A DNA stretch of 64,000 bases from Mytilus edulis (Eukaryota). The position numbers and the translations under genes were made by a program. This document shows positions 39,424-52,982 of this stretch, piece by piece (the first letter of the stretch is position 1; every line of letters begins with the position of its first letter). A model generated the notes under the pieces. That model saw only the letters and a list, made by a program, of their open reading frames with translations, made no database searches and had not been told where the DNA came from. The stretch spans positions 51,398,001 through 51,462,000 of the forward strand of contig NC_092355.1 of NCBI RefSeq assembly GCF_963676685.1, read 5' to 3'.

Positions 39424-40764
39424 ATTTTAATGCTGCATACTAAAATAAATGTCATTCGATAAATATTTTAGCTTACGAATGGCATAAATGAGAAAGTCCG
39501 CGAAACTGTTGCATCTTCTTTAGCATCTAAACAATCTGACAACATATGTATACTGTGGATGTCAAACATTTAACACTTAACTTATTTGTACTTTTCGTAC
39601 GCATCAGAATGGTTTAAATACAGACAAAAAGAAGATTTTGATGTTCAAAATGTGACTATCTTGTTTATTTTATTTTTTAGAAATTACATACCCCATAAAA
39701 AATCCGTATTCAACATGATGGCTTTCTATAAGTTACGGACTGGTAGAACGAGGAATATAACCCCTTAAAATATTTGTGGTCAACGTCCAATGAAAATTAT
39801 TATTACAAACGAATTGCATTAGAATGGATTATCTAATTGTTGAGATCGATTTAACAATTAACCATAAGGAAACAGAAATACAAATGAATGATGAAAATAA
39901 AGGACGAAATCTGGAATAACACATATCTATGTGAAAAGAGAAATATCTGCATTCAGTATACAGTATTAGTCTCAGTTAAGTAATCAAATGATGGCAAGTC
40001 AATCAAAAATGTGTAGACAGTGTTGTGTAGTCCATTCATCGTAAAACAATTACACATCCTATAAGATGCATTTGCATGTTCTTTTGAACTGTTTGCAAAC
40101 ATATTATTCGATTTTTTTTAAAAGTGCTTCTTCTTAAAACCATCTACTTGAATGGTATAGTTGAGATTGAAAATCGATTAGTATATACTTAATCTATCGA
40201 ACACTAATGGACAGTAAAACAGTAACTGAATTTGTTTTTGTTTTCAGAAATATACAATTCTTAGAAACGTATCCAGGGTATCAATTGCAGTGTTGTCAAT
40301 AAAATAAACATTAAGATTTTGTTTTTTAAAAGCTATGACGTATATTATTTATTACCATATAAACAATAATGTCCTGCTTGAAAACATTAACAGTCCCAGG
40401 ATGATCAACTTCCGAGGAAAGACAAGTTATTAAAATTTGATCTACTCGAGCGATCGACTAACAAGCAACGTCCAAGCGTCCACAGCATCATGCACTGGAT
40501 TAACGGAAGTAACATTATAAAGGAATGTAAAAATCATTTTAATAAAAATATTGAAAGAAACAAATTACTGTTGTACCTATTTATGACATGTTTACCTATT
40601 ATGTCTGTCTGTGTTGTTGAAACATCTTTGTCAATATAATGAGATTGTATGCGACTGTCATACAAGTGAAAGATTAAGCTAGCTGTTTACCAGGTTAAAT
40701 CCACCATTTTTGTTGTAAGAAAATGTCGGTTCCAAGTCAAATATTTGACAGAAGATAGCAATTC

Positions 40765-41412
40765 TGTCTGTGTTGACAAGAGTTATCATTGATTTGGTCA
40801 TAATCATGAATTAACTGTTTACAAAACTTTGATGTTTTTCAATACTCAGGCTTTTCCACCTCCAGAATAGATTATCTAAGCTGTATTTTAGCAAATTTTG
40901 GGGGACTCTTTGGTCCTCGGTGCTCTTTAGCTTCGTATCCCATTTGAATTTTTTTTATATGAGCGTCACTGATGAGTTTTTTGAAGACAAAACGCTCGTC
41001 TGGTGAAAATAAAATATTTTAGTCCTGGTATCTATGATGAGTTTATTTACATCCACTAGGTCGATGTCACTGCTGATGGAGTTTTTTCCCCCAAGGATAT
41101 CACCAGCTCAGTTATCACTATTTCTGTGTTGACATGAGTCATCATTGATATGGTCATACATTGTAATTATAAATTAACTGTTTACAAAACTTTGTGTTTT
41201 TTCAGTACTAACTTTTCTCCCTTTTGAATAGATTACCTTAATTTAGCATTATTTGGCAAATCCTTTGGGAATTTCGATATTCCTCAGCTTCGTACTTTAT
41301 AATATCTTTTTATCTTTTTCTAATCGAGCGGAACTGATGAGTCTTTTTTACAAAGAAATGTGCGTCTGGCGCAAAATTAACTTTTAGTCCTTGTATATAT
41401 GAATAGTTTATT
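40765..41412 (+). mobile_element. Tandem retrozyme (~1.8 monomers) with two decayed hammerheads
   Basis: Hammerhead relics at 40964-41005 and 41329-41372; GUC cleavage positions 41000 and 41366 give a 366-nt period. Confidence 0.85.
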
Positions 41413-42580
41413 GTTATACATTCGTTTGATGTGTTTGATGTTTATATTTTGCAATTTTATTATAGAATATCCGTTATGAATCTCGATCGGATTTCGTTAT
41501 TTTTCTATATTTACTTTGATTCATTTGACAATGAAGATGTGATATGATTGCCAATACGACAGCTTTCCACAAGAGACCAATTGACACAGAAATTATCAAC
41601 TATAGGTCAGTATACGGCTTTCAACAAAACCCATACCGAATAGTTAGCTATGAAAGGCCCTAAAAAATAAATGTAAATCAATTCGTACGAATAATTTAAC
41701 AGCCTAATTTGTGTACAAAAAATGAACGAAAAACAAATATGTAAATAAGATTATCATTGTCTATAAAAGCTTCATCAGTGACGCTCGAATAAAAAAATAA
41801 TATGAAAAGGCCAAATAAAGTACGAATAAATAACACATCAATAAACGACAACCACTGAATTACAGGCTCCTGAGTTGGGACAGCCACATACATACCGATC
41901 CGAATCATCCCCCTTACCAGGGACAATGGTGTAAAAGTACAACATAAGAACGAACTATAACGTCAGTTGATAAAGGCTTAACTCATCAGATTGAAATACA
42001 TCTGACAAAAATAACGATTGCAATATCATACTTTGTTTGATATTGCAATTGATTAGACTGTGTAATTGTTTTTTGTTTATATTTGGTTCTTTGCATGTAC
42101 TTTGATTTGAATGTTGTATCTTTGATATTCGTTTGATTATATTTACAAATAATATATCTATGTAAGGATTCAATATTCAATAGCTTTCAGTCATCACGCG
42201 AATGTTCTCCATAAAAAAGATTCCATTTAATCACCAGACCTTCACCTGCGTATTTCTTTTTGTTTGTTTTAAATATTTAATCCATATGACATTACAACAA
42301 CAGGAACAATGAGCTTAACTTGTGTATTCTAGAATGGAAACATATTATCTGAAACAGAAAAATCCATTCAGATTTATTTATCATGAATATCCTTTCTTTA
42401 AACTATATCGTATTACTCGAATGCTTCCTGTGGTACAAATCCTTATTATATTCTATTGTCCTGAAAATGCAGCAAATATTAGGCACTGGACGTTGTTTTA
42501 TATTTTTCATCGTATTGAAAATGCAAAAAATATTTGTAACTGTACAGTTGTTTATTTTTTTTAACATGCAAGAATTATTG

Positions 42581-43068
42581 ACGCGTCTGGCGTTTATACA
42601 AAATTTAGCCCTGGTATCTTTGATGAGTTTATTTACAACCACTGGGACGATGCCACTGCTGGTGGAGATTTATTTCCCCGAGTTTGATGAGTTTATTTAC
42701 AACCACTGGGACGATGCCACTGCTGGTGGAGATTTATTTCCCCGAGGGTATCACCAGCACAGTAGTAAGCACTTTTGTGCTGACATGAATTATCATTGAT
42801 ATGGTTACATGTACATTTATAAATCAACTGTTTATCAAATATTGATTGTTTTAAATACTAAGGCTTTTCTACCTCAGGCATAGATTACCTTAGCTGAATT
42901 TAGCAAAACTTTTTTGAATTTTGGTCCTCAATGCTCTTCAACTTCGTGCTTTATTTGGTCTTATTAACTTTTTTGGATTCGAGCGTCACTGATTAGTCTT
43001 TTGTAGACGAAACGCGCGTCTGGCGTATATACAAAATTTAGTCCTGGTATCTATGATCAGTTTATTTA
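42581..43068 (+). mobile_element. Greater-than-unit-length retrozyme insertion
   Basis: Begins ACGCGTC|TGGCG, contains a 64-bp tandem duplication (42619-42746), hammerhead at 42984-43025 (CUGAUUA variant); absent from paralogous module A copies. Confidence 0.85.
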
Positions 43069-44454
43069 GCAAAGTTCATTCAAACGGTAAAAAGGAACCA
43101 GTTGCCTCTAAATGAGCAGGAATAATAATACCCGTCCCGGGCAAAAAATTCCACCCTGATATTTGAAGACAGTATGAAGGGTCTATGAAGGATCTATAGC
43201 ACACAGTTAATAAAAATACAAAAAGCAAAGGGACAGTTCTTTTATAGTCAAGAAGAATAGTCTAAAAATTAGTCTGACATTTGACCTTTTCATATTTTAT
43301 TATCATTATTTCATTTCGTCACACAAAAGGAGGACACTTTCCCTCGGCTCATATTCTCCTGAAAAAAATACAAAAAGTACCGATATAGAGTACTCACATA
43401 CTAAAAGCTAATTCATATGCCGATAAGAACAAAACAAATACATTTACAGACTGTATTGTTCATTTTATTGTAGACAATGAGGTCATAAGCAGTTAGAATT
43501 TCCTTGTAAACACGGTACTCAGCTGTCTTTTGCTAACTTGTGTCTAGAATTGGTAATTTGCATCAAGAAGATAATCAGTCATATACTAAACATACGTCGT
43601 CCGTATGATCGAAACACGTGGTGCCGTCCTTCACCCTTATCACAAGTAATATAATGTTAACTGTAAGCACTACTGCGCTGTTCAAGCTAATTTCCTAATG
43701 CATGTAGATTATCCTTTGGTTACGTATCTCGCTTGCTTTGTTTGTATATTTTATAATTGTATGTAGGATGACGTCTTATTAAATTGAAAGTCAATGTATA
43801 CAAGTTGAACTGCGAAAATGATTCTAAGATTTATTGTTTTATGACAAATGCAACCTTGCTTGCTTTGTTTGTACTAACAAGATCTTCTAATGTTTATGAT
43901 GAAAATTCAACCAATGTAATATTATTTTTTTTCAATGATGAACTCATAATTGTATCTTTGCGTTCACTCAATTATTGTTTGTACACCATGTTTCTTTTTC
44001 CCGTACAATTAATCTACACTCATCATATATCTTAACATTTTTGTAGGCTAGATAAAAAAAAAATCAGATTTCTAAGAAAACTTTATCACATGTACACCTT
44101 TTTCATTATATTTGTAGAGGCTATTGTCACAGTAATGCAAAAAATACAAAGGTGGAAAAAGCTGTAAAAGAACGTAGCTTTCGATATACTTGTTTCGTAG
44201 CAATTATGTCTTCTCGAGGATGAATATCATATTTATCGACTTGATACTGATTCATATGACCGTTTAATCGCATTACTGATCATTAAGATGTAGCATTTGA
44301 ATAAAAGTGACAGCAGTAGATGCACTTCCCCGTCCTACTGACGGATGCCATTCGATTCCGAATGTGTTTTTCAATATTTTGGGTAAGATTTTATTATAAT
44401 GAAAAAAAAGATACATTACTTATGCATCGTTATGCGACTGAGATATATATGATG

Positions 44455-44750
44455 ATGACTGATGTACCCATATTTTGACTACTATATTTATTGTGTCTGT
44501 TTATTTAACGCATCAATGTAAAAATATCGGAAATTGATGAGACTGTCATTAAAGTGAGAGGGTTAGCGCTATAGAACCAGGTTTAATCCACCATTTTCTA
44601 CATTTGAAAATGCCTGTACCAAGTCAGGAATATGACAGTTTTTGTCCATTCGTTTTTGATGCGTTTTGTTATTTGATTTTGCCATGTGATTATGGACTTT
44701 CCCAATTGATCTTCCTCTAAGTTCAGTATTTTTGTGATTTTACTTTTTAG
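44455..44750 (+). mobile_element. Short retroposed element inserted in module C copy 2
   Basis: Absent from the other C copies; related copies at ~24350-24540, ~40590-40750 and, on the minus strand, ~8655-8820 and ~60000-60230. Confidence 0.7.
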
Positions 44751-45939
44751 TATCTCCAAAAAATAATGCTTTAAGGTTTAAAGTTACACAATCATGCAAC
44801 GAAAACATTGATAAACTATTAGACCGTTAATATTACCAATTAACGTGTATTGGAACTTCGCATCTCTAGCTTTTATTGATATATGTAACATTAACAAAGA
44901 TAAATCAATATAACCTTCAAAGCATCAACAAATAACGGTAACGGTTATGGCTACCAAGACCTTTTATAGAACCTGTTGGGATTTGTTTTATATGTTATTT
45001 TGTAGACCTTATATAGGTGCTATAATGTGTTACATGTAAATAAGGAATTCCAGTGCAAAAATGTCCCTTTTCTAAAATCTGAATACCCTAATTGTCTAAC
45101 AATGGGGCACGATTGATACTACTGAATAACAATGTTATGTGATTACTGAATACTATAAATACTTTAATGACAAAACCGAAGTAAGAATACTAAAATCATT
45201 AAGGAACGAAACAATAAATAAGGACCAAGAAAAGAAATATTAACATCGGTACCAATTGTACTGCACCAGATATGCAGTTTTAAAATAAATGTCTCTCTTT
45301 TGATGCTCGAAGTAAAGAGGCTGTATTTCTGTCACGCAGTGTTGTCATTTTAGCAATACTTGTTAACAATTCCATGTCAGTGGGAGGTTTGGCTAGCCAT
45401 TAGACAAGGTTCAACCCACGAGTTTTTCTTTAAATGTTCCTCAACAAGTAAGGAATATGGCAGCTGTTATCAAATAATTCGTTTCTATGTATGTTGGTGT
45501 TTGTTTTTGTTGCACGTCAGTGTTTCTGTTGTTCCGTTGTTTTCTTATGACTTTTGACCAGCGGTATACTACTGTTGCATTTGTAAATGAATATATAGCA
45601 TCTTGAAATTATAACAATTAAATGGAACGCGATTAAAAAAAATCACAATTATTGTTACTTTTAAAATACTTCAAATGATTATCATAATTATGACGGTTTT
45701 AAAAGGTTATTCTAAATCAATGCTGTGACGACATCATATTCATTTAAACTAACACAATACTTTATGCATTGAAAATGAAAATTATCTTGACTATACTGAC
45801 AAATAAAACATACGTGAAATGTACCGAAAATACAAAATTTAAACCACAAACGATAATACAGAATTCAATATCCAGCCGTATTTACTAAAGAAACATTATA
45901 TATTACAAGGTGTTCAACTATATATAAATATATATACAT

Positions 45940-46069
45940 ATATACAACTCGTCTAAACATCAACCCAACAATGTTAGATCTGTAAATTTGCTTTCGCAAA
46001 TTTTTGGTTCTTCCCTCGCCGTGATTCGAACCCATGCTACTGTGATATCGTGACACCAAATCGCCAGCA

Positions 46070-46146
<77 letters not shown>
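45940..46146 (-). repeat. Short element with Pol III B-box embedded in a (TA)n microsatellite (46073-46146)
   Basis: Minus strand GGGTTCGAATCACGGC; TA-rich runs on both sides. Confidence 0.55.
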
Positions 46147-46147
<1 letters not shown>

Positions 46148-46202
46148 ATATGCAGAGTCAATGTGTAAAGTTTTAGGAATGTGGGTTGATAGCTGAAGTA
46201 GT

Positions 46203-46563
46203 TCAGTTTAAACATATTCATTTATAGTGAATTGGGAAACAAGTTTTGCAACTTGTATTAATCCCTGTCCACTTTTCCGGTGCGAGTGCTGCCTTGTAGC
46301 GGCATTAGCCTACTGGTTTTCGAAATCTACAAGGGTGTATTGTACGTGCAAGAGATATGACTCTCTCTTAACGCGGGTCAGCCATTTATCGTCCCCTTTC
46401 GACGGACTATCATCGTTTCCTTAAAACCATACTCGAAAATGGTGTCAAGGGAGAGCCGAAAATTCAGTCCCTGAAATGTTCATCCCGGAACGTGAATCGA
46501 ACCAGGAACCTTTGTGCAAGTAGTCCGATGCACTAACAACTACACCACGGCTCTTTAAGCCGA
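46203..46563 (-). mobile_element. tRNA-derived SINE (Deu/Nin-like), probably full length
   Basis: A-box-like GTGGTGTAGTTGTT, B box GGTTCGATTC, central GACGATAAA...TTGCACGTA; flanking direct repeat ATAGCTGAAGTAGT at 46189-46202 and 46564-46577. Confidence 0.75.
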
Positions 46564-46946
46564 ATAGCTGAAGTAGTAACTTAGTACAGTCCTTTTTAAG
46601 ATTTATGAAGTTTGAGTCCCTTAGTTAGGAAAAGATGGAGAACAGAATGGAAGGGCATACTTTTGTAAGTGACAGGCACACAACCTTCTGTAGTATCAAC
46701 ATGACACAATATCAGTACGTATATAGCAAAAATAATAATAAACGAAAGAAACGCAGTGCCTCCGTCAACGAGGATAAACATTATCTAACCTCACTGCAAG
46801 TTTAAAACAGCCCATAGCTCCGGTTTGAGCGTAATCCTTTACATACTGACAATCAAACCACAACTATTTGTGAGGTACAAGCGTCAAGTTTGACCTCTTT
46901 AATTTTCACATATATAATATTTTACTATAATAACCAAACATGGTCA

Positions 46947-48000
46947 AATGTGCTTAAACATGCTGAAACTGAACCAAGACAAAACGGAACTGATCTTATT
47001 TTCACCAAAAAATCGTGTAAAGGAATTTTCGAATTGTCATCTGTTATTTGATGAATCAATAGTAAGCAATGCATCTGTGGTAAAAAAATCTTGGTGTTTA
47101 TTTTGATAGAACATTAAGCATGGAAAAGCAGGTCAATGGCATCACGAAGTCGTGCTTCTTCCAAATTAGGAACATTGGTAGAATTCGGCAATATATCACT
47201 GAGGATGCCTGTAAAACTTTAGTCTGCTCGCTCGTCACGTCACGTCTAGACTACGGAAACGCTCTGCTTTATGGAGTAAATACCAGCTTAGTCAATAAGT
47301 TACAGCGAGTACAAAATACGGCAGCCAGGCTCGTTACACGTACCAAGAAACATGATCATATAACACCAGTTCTTGTGTCTCTTCATTGGATTCCGGTGCA
47401 GTACCGAATACAATATAAACTTCTTTTGTATACTTTCAAAATCCTGCATGGTCTAGCGCCCGTCTATCTTGAGGAACTCATTAGTGCCTATCAACCATCA
47501 AGATCTCTAAGATCGGAAAATGCCATGCAGCTTATACAACCTCGTGTACGCACCAAAATCTATGGAGAAAGACGTTTCGACAAAGGTACTGCGAGTCTCT
47601 GGAACAATCTTCCTAGCCATCTAAGACATGAACACTCAATCGAACTTTTTAAGAAAAATTTGAAAACCCATTATTTTAGACTCGCTTTCAGTGATTACAT
47701 GTAACTTTTTATACTGACAATGGCTTTCTAACTTTGTTCTTTTCGTTGTAGTATAATATGCCTTTTAATTATGATTATTTATTTTTTTAACTTTTCTGTT
47801 CCTTTTTGGTTTTTTTTTTGGTTTTTTTTTTATATTATGTGTTTCAAAATTTTATTTTATTCTTATTGCATTGATTGTTTTAATGTTTAACACCTTTTTT
47901 TTTAACTGCATTGATTGTTTTATGTTAAGCGCTTAGGGTAATTTTAATTAGATAATGCGCTATATAAATATTGTAAATAATAGTAAATAATAATAATAAA
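46947..48000 (+). mobile_element. L2/CR1-group LINE 3' fragment (ORF2 C-terminus, 3' UTR, (AAT)n tail)
   Basis: NMLKLNQDKTELILF, +1 frameshift in A-run near 47082, SRLDYGNALLYG, LQRVQNTAARLV, HITPVLVSLHW; 3' AAGCGCT...TGCGCTATATAAAT followed by AATAATAATAAA. Confidence 0.9.
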
Positions 48001-51000
48001 TGCTCCTTGCTCCTATACTTCAATACTTTTGACAGAAGACAACAAAATACCGATCTCAAGTAAAGAAATCAAACCGTTAATATGGTGTAACTCTGTATAT
48101 TGATTAACATGCTTCTGTTAGCATCACATACAGTGATTATTATTTCAACAGTTCATTTAATATGATAGCAAGGTTTATTAGTATAAAAATTGTTCTGTGT
48201 GATTCAGATTGATATTGTAGTTCAAGTTAAGTGTTTGGAAATGCCATCTTGGTGCAAAGTTACATTTCGGCAATTCATTTAATAATGATAACCTCTATAT
48301 CAAGGTCAACATCGAGACGACCAAAAAGAACTCAATTGAGTGCGTTTAAGTTCCAAAGTGCAAAGGTTTTACTGGACCGGGACACGAGGAAAGTATTTTT
48401 GACAAGTTATGTTGTCACTGACTAGAGTGACCTTTATTCATATATACATGGTACAGGTTTGAATTCATGCTATATCTATTTAATGCCAGATATTTCTAAA
48501 TCGCTAATGTTTGAACTATTGTTTTTGTTTCTGAGTCTCCCAAATAAAGTTCAAGTTTAATAAAGAAAACAACACTCGAACGATACAAATTCTAGCCTTC
48601 TATTATATCTGTGTACAAGCTTTGTAACCATGCATATAACCACAAGTTTCAAAATATTGTATAGAAACTTTGCATAAAACATAATGGTGCCTAGATTTTT
48701 TTTAATGCAATGAGATGTAGGATTTATTTTCTACAACTGTCAAATTAAAATTGTCGACCCTTTTTCATATGCAAACTGATTTGACGTACTATGATTTAGT
48801 AGAATTACACCCTATATGTACTTTGGTTCGAATGTTCTATTTTTGATATTCTTTTTAGGTACCTATATTAGGATTCAAAATTTAATAGCATGCAGTTATC
48901 ACGAGATAACTCCACCATAAATAAGCATTCATTATATCACCAGACCTTCACCTGGGTATATTTTGTTTGTTCTTAATATCAAATCTATAAAACAGTATAA
49001 AGCAGGAACCTCGAGCTGCTATTGTTTACTCTGGAACGGAAACATATTATTTTGAATAATAATCATCTCTTCAGATTTATGAAGCACGAGTCAGCATGAT
49101 GTTCGAGTATTAGAATACCGTATTACTCGATCTATTTCTTTAATAAAATTGTTTTATTGTTTATTACTTTCGTCCGTACTAAAATACATGAAATATTTGC
49201 CATTGTACATTTTTAATAATTTCCTAACGTTCTGAACATGCAATAATTATTTGAGCGATGTTTGAGGTTCGTGTTGTTTATTCGTTAGTTTTCTATGTTG
49301 TGTCGTGTGTGCTGTTGTTTGTTTGTCTTTTTCATTTTTAGCATGGCGTTGTCAGTTTGTTTTAGATTTATGAGTTTGAATGTCCCTTTGGTATCTGTCG
49401 TAATTCTTTTAACATTGTTTTGGGAAAATCTGGTGATCTAATTTTATTTCCTTTTTCCATTTGTCATATCATATACACAGTACTACAAACAATGTCACGG
49501 TAATGGGAAGTTTAATTTTAAATGGAAAAAAGGGTACCATAATTTATACTGATATTTGAAGACAAAATATGGGTTGTAATTCGATGGAACACAGCTATCA
49601 ACAAATATATAAAATGGTGACAATGACCGTCGTTAAATAGACTGGAAAGGACAAATGCGATGCAAAAAGTAATTTTAAGATTTTTTTTCCTGCGATATAA
49701 CAGTATATACATGTAATGATCACCCAATGTTTACCGTGACATTTCAATCAATGCAGTATTGTTTTTTTGTGCTTAATTAATATTTGTTTGTATACCATGT
49801 ATATCTTTTCCCGCCCACTTAATCTTAATCATCATATATCTAAACAGTCAAAAATTTTTACAATGAAAGGCCATAACAAATCAGAGCTCTAGAATTTTAT
49901 TATCACGTCTTTATATATATTCATCATATACGTGAAGGTTACTGTAAGAGAAATGCAAACAAACAAATAAAAACATTTTTTTATTTTTCAATATTCATGT
50001 TTTTTATGATGAGGTTTCAGTCTTGTAATTGACTGCTCCATAGGCTTAGATGCAAAACAACTGATCTGTGAAAATATATCCTTCTACTTTCCTGGTTTAT
50101 TATCTTCAAAAAAGATGCAATTAAAAAAAATATTCTATATGTTCCAATTCAGCAGGAACATTTATTCGTACTATTCCAGTTCTTTTGACCTTTTAAAGGC
50201 ATAACGGATCAATATGAAGTATAACTTGAATAAAAGTTGATGATTTGTGGTGGAAGATGATACGCAACCCTGTAATTTTGACGAATTCAATTCAATTCCT
50301 CATGTTCAATATATTGAATAAGATTTCTTTTTATCATCTGCACAGATATCTTACATGAACTTCTGCATCATTATTCAACTAAAATAAATACTAGTACTTT
50401 CTACTTATAAAACACATAATGCTTTTAAGGTTTAAAGTTACCAACTCACGCAAAGAAAACATTTATAAACTACGTGACCGATAACATGACCAATTAACTT
50501 GCATTTGGAACTTCTCTTCTACAGCTTTAAAACCTTATTGATATATCGAACATTAATAAGCATGAATCAATATACTATTGAAAAAAATCAACAATTAGCA
50601 GTAATGGTTATAGCTACTTAGACCTTTCTTAAAATCTAGGTTTTGTTTTAATGGTGTTCACCTTACATAATGTTTTTATATGTTGAATAATTAATTATTG
50701 ATGCAATGTCCCTTTGTTTATACTGCCAATACCCTTAATATGTTACAATGGGATACGGAAGCCTGACAGTAGTGTTCTATGGCTAATCTGACAATAAACC
50801 ATGAGCTACAATTTTTGAAAAAGTGTTACATAAGTGCATCATATTTCAATGTTATTTTCTTTTATATCAATACAAAGTTATACTGGTGGACATTTGGTGG
50901 AAACATTGTAAATAATATTTAAACAAAGTATATAAATCACAAATTGTGAAAACAGCAAACACAATCATTGCTTGATTGATTGATAATTGTTTACCGTTCG

Positions 51001-52857
51001 TCCATTTAGCCAAACATATCTGCCAAGGGCTGGATTCAAACCCACAATCCAGTGTCGACTACTAGTAAAAATGTAGAATACTCGGCTACCGAGACCCTTT
51101 TCTCTTACAATGAAAATAAAAAGCTGACCTATTTAATATTGTGTATACGTATACATAGCTTCAAAATTGCACTACAGATAAATAACTTGAAGTGTAAATT
51201 TCCCATCTTTAGTTTTGTAGAATAATGACGCTTCTATTTTTTAAATAGTTTCCCTGTCCTCTGAAGTGTTTGAAGCAAAGGATTGTTGTTTTATTTATTA
51301 AACATGAACTTAATTTTGGGATATTCAGAAACAAAAACAAAATGTTGAAACATCAGTCAAAATTGAATACATGTATGTTTAAATGTCATTCTAGTCAGCG
51401 ACAACTTGTCTTAAACTCTTGACCTAAAAGTTAATGGTTCCCTCTAGGAACTCCAACTATATGTAAATTCAACTAATTCAGTAATGTGTTTTTTTTCAGT
51501 GATTAATTAATTTTGTTTGTGTTGACTCAACTATTGTTTGTATACCAAGTTTCTTTTTTTCCCCGCCCACTTTATCCACACTCATAACTATCTGTACGGA
51601 CAACATGTTTAACAACATTAGGATTGGTTAGACAAACACATAGCAGAGTTCTTAGACTCTATTATCACGTCTTTCTTCATTATATTTGTAGAGAATATTG
51701 GAATAGTAATGCATAACACACGAATGTTAAAAGAAAATAAAAACCCTAGTGTTAAATAAACTTGTATCATTAGAATTTATGTATTCTTTAGAATAAATAT
51801 CATATTTATTGGTACCATACTGGTTTATGTGACTTCAAGATGCAGTACTTGAATAAAAGTGAGAGTAATTTATTCGGTGCCCTGTCATACTGCTGGATGC
51901 CTTTCGATTCCCAATGTGTATTCAATATTTTGGGTAAGAATTTATTATAATGTAAAACGATATCTAACTTCTACATTTTTTTTAACTGAAATACATTCTA
52001 AAATCTTCTATGCATAAAACATAGTGCTCTAAGGTTAAAAATAACACAATAACGCAAAGAAAACATTGATAAACTACCAGACCGATAACATTACGAATTA
52101 ACTTGAATTGGAATTCTCTTCTCCAGCTTTTATTGATACATGCATCAATATATTATTGAAATCTTCAAAGTTTCAACAATTAACAGTACCATCTATGATT
52201 ACCTTGACCTTAGGTAAAATCTATCAGATTTCGTTTCAATATTGTAGATCTTAGACCTTTTTCAATGTGTTGAATAATTAATTCTTGATGGAAATTTCAT
52301 GTACATAGATGGCAGGAAGCTAAGATTGAAAATCGATCACTTAATTTATAGAACATTAGTGGACAGTAAAACAGTAATTACATCTTTATGTTTTTGTGTA
52401 GAGAAACATACAATTCTTAGAATCGTACCAATGGCAGTTTAGTCAATAAAATAGACTTTAAGATGTTGTTTTCTAGAAACTACGACAGAAATTATATATT
52501 TTCCTATAAATATGAAAGTTCAGCTTGAAAACTTAAACTGTACCAGGCCGATAATCTTGATAAGAAAAAGAAGTTATACAAATTCGATAAACAGGTATCT
52601 ATTCGTGCGACCGTCAGGGCAAATATGAATTTCTTGCAAAAGCAATATCAAAGCACCATGATCATATAAATAAATTTTGTGCTTTTACTGTCTTCTGATT
52701 GGTTAAAATTATTAGTTTTATTTTCAATGTTGTCAATTTTGATGGCGACACGCCCACTTTGACGTTGTGTATTCATACGCCAACATGTGTGTACGTAAAT
52801 AATATAAAAAGTTCTTTGAGCCTTAGTTTTGATGGAAATTTATTTATAATGAATAAT

Positions 52858-52982
52858 TTATTTTGATTTTATTGAACCATAAAACTAATTTTTGACTCTT
52901 CACATTTTACATAATCCGCTTCAATGATTATTCAATGTTAAGAGTCAAAAATTAGTTTTATGGTTCAATAAATTCAAAATAG
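52858..52982. repeat. Long inverted repeat (~43-bp arms), probably a non-autonomous DNA element
   Basis: TTTATTGAACCATAAAACTAATTTTTGACTCTT ... AAGAGTCAAAAATTAGTTTTATGGTTCAATAAA. Confidence 0.85.

Larger units (their letters stand above)
34537..52600. repeat. Array of diverged non-coding segmental duplications (modules A, B, C, D)
   Basis: A ~34537-35690, 42096-43680, 48817-49600; B ~36080-36700, 48190-48580, inverted 51000-51420; C ~37050-38400, 44030-45110, 49640-51000, 51490-52300; D ~40160-40450, 52320-52600. Confidence 0.85.

Noticed and set aside
45865-46221. 118-aa ORF with a YI repeat
   Set aside because: Artefact of the (TA)n microsatellite
46480-46553. tRNA gene candidates (also 36603 and ~46020)
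   Set aside because: A/B boxes run into SINE bodies and no complete cloverleaf was seen; these are SINE heads
52191-52305. LRR-like translation in module C (YLDLR*N...VE*LILDGNF), suggesting TLR pseudogenes or TAA/TAG read-through
   Set aside because: TGA stops and frameshifts occur as well, stop density in the frames checked is about that expected for AT-rich random DNA, and the frame is not kept across all copies; at most an unprovable relic
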